From the IMG/VR virus record IMGVR_UViG_3300015050_000746, positions 1-32,066 of that record: 32,066 nt of DNA; one strand, given 5' to 3'. How positions within the stretch are numbered: the first letter of the stretch is position 1; each line of letters starts with the position of its first letter. This DNA comes from a virus. Taxonomy: Duplodnaviria; Caudoviricetes. Shown piece after piece: positions 8,447-15,692 of this stretch. A model generated the notes under the pieces. The model saw only the letters and a program-made list of their open reading frames with translations. It was not told the DNA's origin and made no database searches. The position numbers and the translations under genes were made by a program.

Positions 8447-8630
8447 GGCTATGCTTCCTCTCGCAATTGCCCAGACGGATGACTGCTTGGCGCAATCGGT
8501 TGATCTGGTCAGGCTCAAGATCGGAGAGCCTTTCCATGTTGCCTATGGCGACGGTGAGGGAGGACATTGCAGCCTCGAACGTAAGCGTCTGGTTGCGGAG
8601 GCCGCGTATGGAGTCGATAACGTCGATCAT
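8439..8630 (-). CDS. Hypothetical helical protein
   Basis: MIDVIDSIRGL..., preceded by GGAGG; ATGA overlap. Confidence 0.65.
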   Translation of the reverse strand: MIDVIDSIRGLRNQTLTFEAAMSSLTVAIGNMERLSDLEPDQINRLRQAVIRLGNCERKHSRD

Positions 8631-8869
8631 TGCATTGCCTCCAGAATGTGCGTCCTGCCGTCGTCCTCGAAAAGCTGGAGCGCGCAATCCTGGCACATGA
8701 CCTCGCCGTAAACCTCGAACGCCTCGACAGACGGGGACGCTTCCGGCTCGCCACACTCGGGGCAGAAACTTGCATCCGTGTCGTTGTCGCGCGGGAAGCA
8801 GAGCGGATAATCATCGGCGCCGTCTGCCGCGCAAATCTCGTCGTGAAAGTGGTTCTTCACCGCGCTCAT
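8627..8869 (-). CDS. Small acidic Zn-finger-like protein
   Basis: MSAVKNHFHDE...CPEC...CQDC; ATGA overlap with the upstream gene. Confidence 0.65.
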   Translation of the reverse strand: MSAVKNHFHDEICAADGADDYPLCFPRDNDTDASFCPECGEPEASPSVEAFEVYGEVMCQDCALQLFEDDGRTHILEAMQ

Positions 8870-9051
8870 CCCCACACCCCAAACCAAAGCCCGATCCCGT
8901 GGATTATGGCGACGGGGAAGAACAACGCTCCTGCTATCAGGAAGCCCCACTCGCCTTGCATCAAGCAGGCGATAACGTGCGTCAGCCATGCAAAGAACAT
9001 GACGACAAAGAACAGGCAGCCAATCGCCTCTCCTGCGGCATCATCCCTCAT
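8866..9051 (-). CDS. Small membrane protein
   Basis: Hydrophobic; AWLTHVIAC...WGFLIAGALFFPVAIIHGIGLWFG. Confidence 0.75.
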   Translation of the reverse strand: MRDDAAGEAIGCLFFVVMFFAWLTHVIACLMQGEWGFLIAGALFFPVAIIHGIGLWFGVWG

Positions 9052-9368
9052 CACACCGCTCCCGTAATGTCAGCAGCAACGGCGAAAAAGTTGGGCTTGG
9101 CGGCGGGCTTGGCCTCGTCAGCCAAGTCGGCAAGGCGGTAGTCAGTGGCCACCGCAATCAGGTAACGGGCCGACTGCGGAAACGCCGCGCGCTGTTCTTC
9201 AAGCCAGCCTTCGCGGTCATCCTCCGCAATGGCCAACGCACGTTCTGCCATCGCAAAACCTTCGTCCTGATACTCGTATGCGCCAACCCAGTCGCGGCAA
9301 TAAAAGCCGTCGCCGTTTTCGCTGGCGTATTCGGTCAGTGCGTTGTCGAGTTGTGCTTGCGTGGTCAT
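9051..9368 (-). CDS. First gene of the leftward early operon, hypothetical
   Basis: MTTQAQLDNAL..., preceded by an AGGGAG RBS. Confidence 0.75.
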   Translation of the reverse strand: MTTQAQLDNALTEYASENGDGFYCRDWVGAYEYQDEGFAMAERALAIAEDDREGWLEEQRAAFPQSARYLIAVATDYRLADLADEAKPAAKPNFFAVAADITGAV

Positions 9369-9390
9369 GTCGTCTCTCCCTTGTTGGACA

Positions 9391-9471
9391 CATATAGCCA
9401 CGGGACCGGATAGGGCGTCAAGCTATTTTATTCGCTTGCGCGACCGGATTTGTTCGGTCTATGGTTACGCC
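9391..9471. promoter_or_regulatory. Divergent early promoter region with a candidate operator
   Basis: Leftward TTGACG (9421-9416)...GCTATATG (9398-9391). Rightward TTGCGC (9436-9441)-N18-TATGGT (9460-9465). GACCGGAT occurs at 9404 and 9442, and GACCG-N8-CGGTC spans 9442-9459. Confidence 0.65.
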
Positions 9472-9699
9472 ATGCAAGAGACATTCGCCCAACTACTGCG
9501 CCGCCTTCGCAATCGCGAGGGGTTGTCGCTGTCCCAAGTTTCCCTCCAGACCGGGCTTGCCAAAGGCAACTTGTGCGACATGGAAAAGGGCAACCGGACT
9601 AACCCCACCGTCTCGACTATCGGGGCGCTGGCTACCGTTTACAACACGGCTCCGGCTACATTGCTGCGAGCTGCACTGAGGGGAGAAACCAATGTTTGA
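9472..9699 (+). CDS. XRE-family HTH regulator (Cro-like), probably leaderless
   Basis: LRRLRNREGLSLSQVSLQTGLAKGNLCDMEKGNRTNPTVSTIGALA; 75 aa with no peptidase domain; ATG 6 nt after the -10 box. Confidence 0.9.
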   Translation: MQETFAQLLRRLRNREGLSLSQVSLQTGLAKGNLCDMEKGNRTNPTVSTIGALATVYNTAPATLLRAALRGETNV

Positions 9700-9790
9700 G
9701 CAACTGCACCTTCCGCCCAAATGGGCCAGAGCCGCTAACATCGTTGGGCTGGTCCTTACCGTCGTCATCCTCGCTGCGTGGGGGGTCTGA
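9692..9790 (+). CDS. 32-aa single-pass membrane peptide
   Basis: Not in the track. MFEQLHLPPKWARAANIVGLVLTVVILAAWGV; GAGGGGAG RBS; TGATG coupling to the next gene. Confidence 0.65.
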   Translation: MFEQLHLPPKWARAANIVGLVLTVVILAAWGV

Positions 9791-10059
9791 TGCTGGCCTT
9801 CCTCAAACGCATCGTAAGCCGCTACGGGTTCTTTCATCGTCCGGTGAAGGTCTATGCGCCAACCGCGCAATGGCATCAGCACCCGTTCTTTTCCGACGCC
9901 GCTAACAAGAACCGACGCCTTGCGCTGATCGTGCAAGAGCGGAACGCGCTCAAGGACGAGCTTGATAAGGCTATCAAGCAGAAGAAAAAGCGTTCCGGCA
10001 TCTATGCCAAGCTCCGCGCTCTCTCGATTGAAGAGCTTAACGTGGTGACGGGCAAATGA
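9790..10059 (+). CDS. Basic hypothetical protein
   Basis: MLAFLKRIVS...; coupled at both ends. Confidence 0.65.
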   Translation: MLAFLKRIVSRYGFFHRPVKVYAPTAQWHQHPFFSDAANKNRRLALIVQERNALKDELDKAIKQKKKRSGIYAKLRALSIEELNVVTGK

Positions 10060-10313
10060 AAGTCCTTTTGATCGGAGGACACGCGGACGGACGGCGGATT
10101 AATCTCGCGGAAGGCGCAAACTCGGTCTGCATTCCAAAGCTAGTCGCTGTCGCCACTTCCGTTGCTCACACGGTAACCATGACGGAATTTGCGCCCTATC
10201 ACGAATACAAGATTGAGCGCGTCATGGGACATCACGTCGGGGTTTATGACGAGCTTGACCCCTGCAAGCTAGTGGACTTTCTTGTCTCTGGTTACCGGCC
10301 TGAACTCGGATGA
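10056..10313 (+). CDS. Hypothetical protein
   Basis: MKVLLIGGHADGRRI...; ATGA overlaps at both ends. Confidence 0.7.
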   Translation: MKVLLIGGHADGRRINLAEGANSVCIPKLVAVATSVAHTVTMTEFAPYHEYKIERVMGHHVGVYDELDPCKLVDFLVSGYRPELG

Positions 10314-10636
10314 CGCCGAAGCCTCCGAAGTTTCGCAATCGAAAGGTTACGGTCGATGGCGTGTCCTTTGATAGCCAAAAGGAAGCTTGCCGGTGGTCCG
10401 AGCTTTGTCTGTTACAGCGAGCGGGTCAAATATCCGACCTTGCTCGTCAAGTGCGAATGCCGCTCGTTGTTAATGGACAACTCGTCTGCACCTTCATTCC
10501 TGATGCTACATATTTCGAGAATGGCCAGCAAGTGATCGAGGACACGAAAAGCCCGATCACCCGCAAGCATCCAGTTTACCGCATCAAGGTCAAGCTGCTG
10601 AAGGCGCTTACCGGGGCCGAGGTTCGGGAGACGTGA
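10310..10636 (+). CDS. DUF1064-family PD-(D/E)xK endonuclease (putative resolvase)
   Basis: KFRNRKVTVDGVSFDSQKEA, GQISDLARQ, FIPDATY, VIEDTKS, YRIKVKLL. Confidence 0.9.
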   Translation: MTPKPPKFRNRKVTVDGVSFDSQKEACRWSELCLLQRAGQISDLARQVRMPLVVNGQLVCTFIPDATYFENGQQVIEDTKSPITRKHPVYRIKVKLLKALTGAEVRET

Positions 10637-11016
10637 CCGCCGCCCCACCACGACCCTCAATGTCCAAAGCGCGGCGGGTCCGCATCTTCGTGAAGGAGGA
10701 CGGGCGCTGCTATCTGTGCCGCGACAAGATCAAGATCGGCCAGCTTTTCGAGGTCGAACACGTTATTCCGTGGGCGCTGTCTTTTGACGATTCAGACGAT
10801 AACCTGAAAGTCGCACACACGGTCTGTCACCGGACGCTTAAGACTGGCGACGACGTTAAGCGCATTGCCAAGAGCAAACGGCAGGCAGGAGAAACCGGAC
10901 AATGGGCGAGACGCCAGAACCGGACTGCGCCGCTTATCCAGTCTCGGAACGAATGGCCGAAGGGTCAGAAATTGCAATCACGCGGCTTCGCAAAAAAGCC
11001 CAAGGGGGACCAATGA
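10633..11016 (+). CDS. HNH endonuclease
   Basis: CYLC...EVEHVIPWALSFDDSDDNLKVAHTVCH...KT..D...IAKSKR. Confidence 0.85.
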   Translation: MTAAPPRPSMSKARRVRIFVKEDGRCYLCRDKIKIGQLFEVEHVIPWALSFDDSDDNLKVAHTVCHRTLKTGDDVKRIAKSKRQAGETGQWARRQNRTAPLIQSRNEWPKGQKLQSRGFAKKPKGDQ

Positions 11017-11357
11017 GAACTTCAGTTGCCGACATTTTGCGGGAGACGGCTGCAAAGCATGGGCTTTCCGTGGCCAGTCTTTTGGACCCGTGCCGACAGC
11101 GAGCCTACGCTTGGCCCCGTCAGGAGGCCATGTACCGCGTCTTCACCGAATGCCCACACATATCCTATCCCGAAGCTGGACGACGGCTAGGCGGGCGGGA
11201 CCATACGACTGTCCTGCATGGCGTGAGAGCCTACGCACAACGTCACGGGCTGGACTATGCCGATGCCGTTAAGATGCGTCAGACGGCCAAAGCCATTCCG
11301 TATTTTGAGGTGATGATGGCTGCTTATGCTAAGTCTCTGGAGGTCGCCCGTGTCTAA
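11013..11357 (+). CDS. DnaA C-terminal (domain IV)-like HTH protein
   Basis: AWPRQEAMY...SYPEAGRRLGGRDHTTVLHGVR matches the DnaA signature RDHTTV; ATG 11013 follows AGGGGG. Confidence 0.88.
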   Translation: MRTSVADILRETAAKHGLSVASLLDPCRQRAYAWPRQEAMYRVFTECPHISYPEAGRRLGGRDHTTVLHGVRAYAQRHGLDYADAVKMRQTAKAIPYFEVMMAAYAKSLEVARV

Positions 11358-11553
11358 CGCTGGACATTATCACCGCCCGCTCAAGTCCGCCGTGCTGGCC
11401 AGATCGACGCCACCAGGATTCGACAAGGAGCGAGAGGCAGAGAATAAACAGCGCGAGGGCGATGCAAGGCTCGTCCGTGCGCTTGCCGAAGCTATCGTTA
11501 GGGGTGACCATCTACCAGCGGGGACGGTGGTTCCGCTTAGGCTCATTGGATAG
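11350..11553 (+). CDS. Hypothetical protein
   Basis: GTG 11350 after GGAGG; 67 aa. Confidence 0.6.
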   Translation: MSNAGHYHRPLKSAVLARSTPPGFDKEREAENKQREGDARLVRALAEAIVRGDHLPAGTVVPLRLIG

Positions 11554-11590
11554 AAAAAGGCCCGGCGAGCGCGAGAGCATCACCGGGCCT
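11554..11590 (-). terminator. Rho-independent terminator (minus strand, inside a plus-strand operon)
   Basis: AGGCCCGGTGA-N11-TCGCCGGGCCT followed by TTTTCT. Confidence 0.75.
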
Positions 11591-11634
11591 CCGTCTTCCA
11601 CGGCCAGAACAAGGGGGAGGAGCCTAGCCGTGTC
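11554..11634 (-). ncRNA. Candidate ~80-nt antisense RNA (two hairpins, anti-SD loop) upstream of the initiator gene
   Basis: Bounded by a promoter (11640-11668) and an intrinsic terminator. Stem CACGGCTAG/CTGGCCGTG with loop GCTCCTCCCCCTTGTT. Confidence 0.65.
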
Positions 11635-11671
11635 TCCCCTTTATACCGCCTTGATATTTTCAGACCAATGA
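11630..11671 (+). CDS. 13-aa leader peptide coupled to the initiator
   Basis: GGAGGAG (11616-11622)-7 nt-GTG; (M)SPLYTALIFSDQ; its TGA overlaps ATG 11668. Confidence 0.5.
   Translation: MSPLYTALIFSDQ
11640..11668 (-). promoter_or_regulatory. Promoter for the antisense RNA
   Basis: TTGGTC (11668-11663)-N17-TATAAA (11645-11640). Confidence 0.6.
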
Positions 11672-12606
11672 CGGATAAAGCTTGTGCAGATCAGAGGGAC
11701 GCTGACCTGCGAAACGCCAACGGCTTATACGGAGCCATCGACTATGCGGTTTTACCGCTACCAGACATATCGCGCAAGCCTCCGGGTTGTTCCGTGAGCG
11801 CGCCGTTCATGCAGCTCTATGTCGCTGACTATCTTGGCGACACTAGGCACCTGACCACCGAACAACACGGGGCGTATTTGCTCCTCCTCATGACCATGTG
11901 GCGGTCTGAAGGAGTCTTGTCAGACAACCCCGTAAAGCTGGCCAGAATCGCGGGCCTGACGCCCTCTCGCTGGTCGACAATCTGCGCCGAGATTCTGGAG
12001 TTTTTCACTCCATGCGAAGGTGGATTTACGCAAAAAAGGCTCTCCGCTGAACTCGCGATTGCCGAAGAAAAATCGGAGAAAAGATCGCAGTCGGGGAAAG
12101 CTGGTGCGAGAGCTAAGGCGTTGAAATCTAACAAACTGGCCTCAGCAAATGCTTCACGATCGCTTAAGCATTCTCCAGAACCAGAACCAGAGTTAAAGAA
12201 AGAGAAGCTTACAGCTTCTCCAAAGAAAGGCACTCGATTGCCTTCGGATTGGGTTCCATCGCAAGCGGACCTGACCTTTGCCGCCAGCCAAAACATGACC
12301 CCCGAGGAGACCAGACGTGAAGCCGATCAGTTCCGTGATTTCTGGATTGCTAAGCCGGGAGCCGGTGGATGCAAACTCGACTGGCCTGCAACATGGCGGA
12401 CGTGGTGTCGCAATCGACGCAGCGCGGGCCAAGCTGGAAAGCCAAACGCCGGAGGACACCGACCGCAACCTGCTTCAATGGTTGATATCGTCCTTGAGCG
12501 TCGAAGCGCAGCCGCGAGTCAGCCTGACCTATCCGGTGAGCGGTGGCTACCAACGGACAGTGACGGGGTTTTCGTTTCAGGGGCTAACGGAGGACAACCG
12601 TTCTGA
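11668..12606 (+). CDS. YdaU/DUF1376-family phage replication initiator
   Basis: PFMQLYVADYLGDTRHLTTEQHGAYLLLLMTMW, a PEPEPE linker, and C-terminal GTRLPSDW...FRDFWIAKPG...KLDWPATWRTWCRN. Alternative in-frame GTG at 11794 lacks an obvious RBS. Confidence 0.88.
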   Translation: MTDKACADQRDADLRNANGLYGAIDYAVLPLPDISRKPPGCSVSAPFMQLYVADYLGDTRHLTTEQHGAYLLLLMTMWRSEGVLSDNPVKLARIAGLTPSRWSTICAEILEFFTPCEGGFTQKRLSAELAIAEEKSEKRSQSGKAGARAKALKSNKLASANASRSLKHSPEPEPELKKEKLTASPKKGTRLPSDWVPSQADLTFAASQNMTPEETRREADQFRDFWIAKPGAGGCKLDWPATWRTWCRNRRSAGQAGKPNAGGHRPQPASMVDIVLERRSAAASQPDLSGERWLPTDSDGVFVSGANGGQPF

Positions 12607-12907
12607 GGCTCTACGGGCCGTGCAAAGCGCCATGACGCCCGCGACGGTCGAACGGTGCGAGGAGCTGGTTTCAACGCTCCACGCCGTCACAGCTCACCGG
12701 AACGACAGCGATAATTCGCTTCGGCTGATTCTCAGGCTCTACAGCGATTGTCTGGCCAGGTATCCGGCAGACGTGGCCAAGGCGGTCTGTGAGCGGTTCA
12801 TGTATCGCCCCGATAAGCCCAACTTCTTTCCGACCCTGAGCGAGTTGAAAGAGGCTTGCGACAAAGCGACGGACCAGCGCGACCACCTTCTAAGGGCCTT
12901 GGTGTGA
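12317..12907 (+). CDS. Replication accessory protein (helicase loader/inhibitor-like); start uncertain (12317 or 12632)
   Basis: LARYPADVAKAVC...FFPTLSELKEAC motif typical of genes following phage initiators; GAGGAG-7 nt-GTG at 12317. Confidence 0.7.
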   Translation: MKPISSVISGLLSREPVDANSTGLQHGGRGVAIDAARAKLESQTPEDTDRNLLQWLISSLSVEAQPRVSLTYPVSGGYQRTVTGFSFQGLTEDNRSEALRAVQSAMTPATVERCEELVSTLHAVTAHRNDSDNSLRLILRLYSDCLARYPADVAKAVCERFMYRPDKPNFFPTLSELKEACDKATDQRDHLLRALV

Positions 12908-12923
12908 AAAGTGAGAAAGGGGG

Positions 12924-12957
12924 TTTACACGGAAAGCGAAAGGCGTATGTTTACCCC
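12924..12957 (+). promoter_or_regulatory. Candidate leaderless promoter for the accessory gene cluster
   Basis: TTTACA (12924-12929)-N16-TATGTT (12946-12951)-6 nt-ATG. Confidence 0.5.
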
Positions 12958-13128
12958 ATGACCAAGCCAAACCCGATTGCAGTTCGTCCCCGCCAAGGCT
13001 CCGCGCTGGAGGCTGTCTGGAATGAAAACGAGCGTTCTAACCGGGCTATGGGCGACATCATTCACAGTTGGGCGACAACCTTCTCCGAAATGGCGAAGGC
13101 GTCTGACAAAGGGGAGGAAGAACAATGA
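12958..13128 (+). CDS. Hypothetical protein (56 aa)
   Basis: MTKPNPIAVRP...; its end contains GGAGG for the next gene. Confidence 0.6.
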   Translation: MTKPNPIAVRPRQGSALEAVWNENERSNRAMGDIIHSWATTFSEMAKASDKGEEEQ

Positions 13129-13304
13129 AAGTTGTAGATTTGATTGTGACTGTTTGCATGGTGCTGCTGGGGCTTGGCCTAACAGCAGCCTACGCTAGCG
13201 AAGGAAATGCGCTTTTTGCGACCGTGTGGGCTTTTTTGGCGGCAGTAAACGCTGCAAGCGCCACCCTTCGGGGTGTGACTATCGCTATGGAGTCGGGCCA
13301 ATGA
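13125..13304 (+). CDS. Small two-TM membrane protein (59 aa)
   Basis: Not in the track. MKVVDLIVTVCMVLLGLGLTAAYASEGNALFATVWAFLAAVNAASATLRGVTIAMESGQ; GGAGG RBS; ATGA overlaps at both ends. Confidence 0.7.
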   Translation: MKVVDLIVTVCMVLLGLGLTAAYASEGNALFATVWAFLAAVNAASATLRGVTIAMESGQ

Positions 13305-13501
13305 ACGACCGTCACACCTACACCGATCATCGGATGGCCGCAGCTCAGGCCACCAACCAGAGCAATCGCGGCTGGAACTTCGACAACGCCGTTGACGATG
13401 GCCCGCTGTGGCTTCGTGCGCTGGCTGAGATTGCCAGACCTCGCAGCATCATCATCCTGGCCATCATGGCTGGCGTTCTTTCGCTTCTTTGGATTGGATA
13501 A
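13301..13501 (+). CDS. Small protein with C-terminal TM helix
   Basis: MNDRHTY...SIIILAIMAGVLSLLWIG. Confidence 0.65.
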   Translation: MNDRHTYTDHRMAAAQATNQSNRGWNFDNAVDDGPLWLRALAEIARPRSIIILAIMAGVLSLLWIG

Positions 13502-13505
13502 CCAA

Positions 13506-14009
13506 ATGACCAGAGAGAATACGGTGAAACTGCTGTCAGCCATGGTTGACGCCGCCCCCCTCCATGAAGGGGACTGGTCGGAACTGGAAGGGCTGGCGAG
13601 AAGCGCGATAGCCGTCTGCAAGGGCGACGAGGAGGACTGGTACAGGCGCGAACACTTCCCGCAGTTTGAGGCTGACGACGCCGCCTTCATCGCCGCCGCC
13701 AATCCCGCGACCATCCTCAAGCTGATCGCATCCGCCCGTTCCGCCCCTCCCCCCTCTGTGGAAGTGTTTGGTTCATCGCCTGACGGCGATACCCACCGTG
13801 CGGCGGACGGGGCTGTTGTAGCCGCCTCGCCGCTAGAGATTGCCTACGGGTGTCTCTGGCGCACGATCACCGACGACCCGTCTCTGCGCGGCATCCGGTC
13901 TCGATTGCTTCTGGCAGTCGGGAAGGAAGGCCAGCGGCGAGGTGTCGCGTGGGCCGTAGCCAACCTCCCAGAAGCCACAGACGCCGAAATCACGAGGCTA
14001 GACCTATGA
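13506..14009 (+). CDS. Ead/Ea22-like mosaic protein
   Basis: WSELEGLA...DAAFIAAANPATILKLI motif; ATG 13506. Confidence 0.7.
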   Translation: MTRENTVKLLSAMVDAAPLHEGDWSELEGLARSAIAVCKGDEEDWYRREHFPQFEADDAAFIAAANPATILKLIASARSAPPPSVEVFGSSPDGDTHRAADGAVVAASPLEIAYGCLWRTITDDPSLRGIRSRLLLAVGKEGQRRGVAWAVANLPEATDAEITRLDL

Positions 14010-14476
14010 CCGCGCGAAGCCCAATCGACGCCGCCTATGAGGCTTGGGACGCCTTCAAGCCGACACAGCACGACGCGAGCGGCTATGGCGCTATGGAGGC
14101 CGCGCTACTGGCGGCAATCTCGGCCATGTCACCCTCCATCGTCGCGGCGGTCAGCGCCAACGTGTTCGTCCGGGACGGCCAGACGGTAATCAACGGACCC
14201 GGTGCGGTTGCTGATATTTTAGCCGCCGTCAGCCCCGCCGAACAGGTGGGTATCCGCGCAGCGGATGAGCCAAAACCCTCTGTGGAAGTGGAGAGGCTGA
14301 GGGAGGCTTTGGAGCCGTTTGCTGCTATTCGCATCAACGGCGAGAACAACTCTTCTGAGATTATCCCGAACGGCTACTACGGTGCGAATCCTTGGCGCGA
14401 AGACGTTCAGCGCGCCCGTGCCGCCCTCTCTCGTAAGCAGGAACCGGGTGTCCCTACTCCGGGTGGAGAGGGGTGA
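14006..14476 (+). CDS. Mosaic hypothetical protein
   Basis: MTARSPIDAAYEAW...EVERLREALEPFA...RARAALS; ATGA overlap. Confidence 0.7.
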   Translation: MTARSPIDAAYEAWDAFKPTQHDASGYGAMEAALLAAISAMSPSIVAAVSANVFVRDGQTVINGPGAVADILAAVSPAEQVGIRAADEPKPSVEVERLREALEPFAAIRINGENNSSEIIPNGYYGANPWREDVQRARAALSRKQEPGVPTPGGEG

Positions 14477-14904
14477 TGGGAGTTCCGACGAAGGTTTATG
14501 CCGTCATGCGCCGGTCCGGCTGCATGATGGTCTTCAGGGGCGGTCTAGGTGCCGCTGCCGCGCATACAACGGGCGGCTATCTGGCCATCCTGTCCCAGAT
14601 CGGCGACGAGATGATGTCGGCAGGTGGCGAATACGACGCCCCCGACAAGCTGTTTTTGAACGGCAAGCTGATGGTCGAGAGCGGCCTCAGTGAAATGGCC
14701 TACCAGTACCACAGGGACACCGTGTCTGCGCGGCAGGCGGCGGCTCGCGAGGTGCAAAACCTACACACTCCCCGGTGGCTCCCCGATGATGAAGCCGCGC
14801 CCGGCTACAATCCGCCCGGCATCGACGCGTGGACCGTGCGGAAGTCTGGAACACCAAAGCGGACTCAATCCCCCGCCAAGGATGAACAAGGACAAGACCA
14901 ATGA
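14473..14904 (+). CDS. Hypothetical protein
   Basis: 143 aa; GGAG RBS; coupled. Confidence 0.65.
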   Translation: MMGVPTKVYAVMRRSGCMMVFRGGLGAAAAHTTGGYLAILSQIGDEMMSAGGEYDAPDKLFLNGKLMVESGLSEMAYQYHRDTVSARQAAAREVQNLHTPRWLPDDEAAPGYNPPGIDAWTVRKSGTPKRTQSPAKDEQGQDQ

Positions 14905-15149
14905 GCCGACTACTCGCAACTCACGCCGCCGCGATGTGCGCAATAGCCGGTGCTGCGCTTGGAGAAAGCGCGGGGTTCGTGGGTGGCGGACTTTCCAACA
15001 GCGAGCGCAAGCGCATCCGTGACCGGAACGCCGTCCATCCGACCGTTGAGATCGCAGGGGACAACCTGCCCGGCGAGACGAACCGCCAGTTTGCGGCCCG
15101 CATGAAAGCCATCGCAGCCGATGAACCCAAAGGAACGTCACATGACTGA
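14901..15149 (+). CDS. Hypothetical protein
   Basis: 82 aa; ATGA overlap; PGETNRQFAAR. Confidence 0.65.
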   Translation: MSRLLATHAAAMCAIAGAALGESAGFVGGGLSNSERKRIRDRNAVHPTVEIAGDNLPGETNRQFAARMKAIAADEPKGTSHD

Positions 15150-15423
15150 TCTTCTAGCACGGCTGGAGGTAGCCGAGGCCGAGGTGGTCAGGCTGACCGC
15201 CGCGAACAATGACCTGCGCTCTATCCCGTGGCCGCGCGCCTATGTGCTGGAACGGGCCTCTGAGTGGAAGCGCCTGCTGCGCGAAATCAACGGCTACCTG
15301 AAGACCTGCCGGGGTTCGTGCGGGTCTGACATGGCCGGTCGTGACCACGCCATCGCCGCCTCCGACACGCTCATCACCCTGCTGTCGGAAGCCACCCATA
15401 AAGCCGAAGGAGCCGAGGGATGA
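15142..15423 (+). CDS. Hypothetical protein
   Basis: MTDLLARLEVAEAEVVRL...; AAGGA RBS. Confidence 0.65.
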   Translation: MTDLLARLEVAEAEVVRLTAANNDLRSIPWPRAYVLERASEWKRLLREINGYLKTCRGSCGSDMAGRDHAIAASDTLITLLSEATHKAEGAEG

Positions 15424-15692
15424 GCGCGGACAGATGGGCTGAACTGGAACGGCTGGCGACGGCGATCACGCTTCGTCAGTGGAAACTGGAACGGAGCGGC
15501 CCCGACACTAAGAAGATCGGACCCTATGTGTACGCCCCGTCGTGCGGCGCGGTCGCAGCAGTCCCGCTGAAAAGTCCGATGGCGTCTGACCCCGAAAAGT
15601 ACCTCGCCTTCATCGCAGCAGCCAACCCCGCCACCGTGCTGGAACTGATCGCCGCTGCCCGCCAACAATCTCCCGAGAAGGAACCAGGATGA
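15420..15692 (+). CDS. Ead/Ea22-like protein
   Basis: WAELERLA...W...AFIAAANPATVLELI. Confidence 0.78.
   Translation: MSADRWAELERLATAITLRQWKLERSGPDTKKIGPYVYAPSCGAVAAVPLKSPMASDPEKYLAFIAAANPATVLELIAAARQQSPEKEPG

Noticed and set aside
9343-9471. N-terminal extension of the XRE ORF
   Set aside because: Runs across the divergent promoters; the HTH domain begins at ATG 9472.
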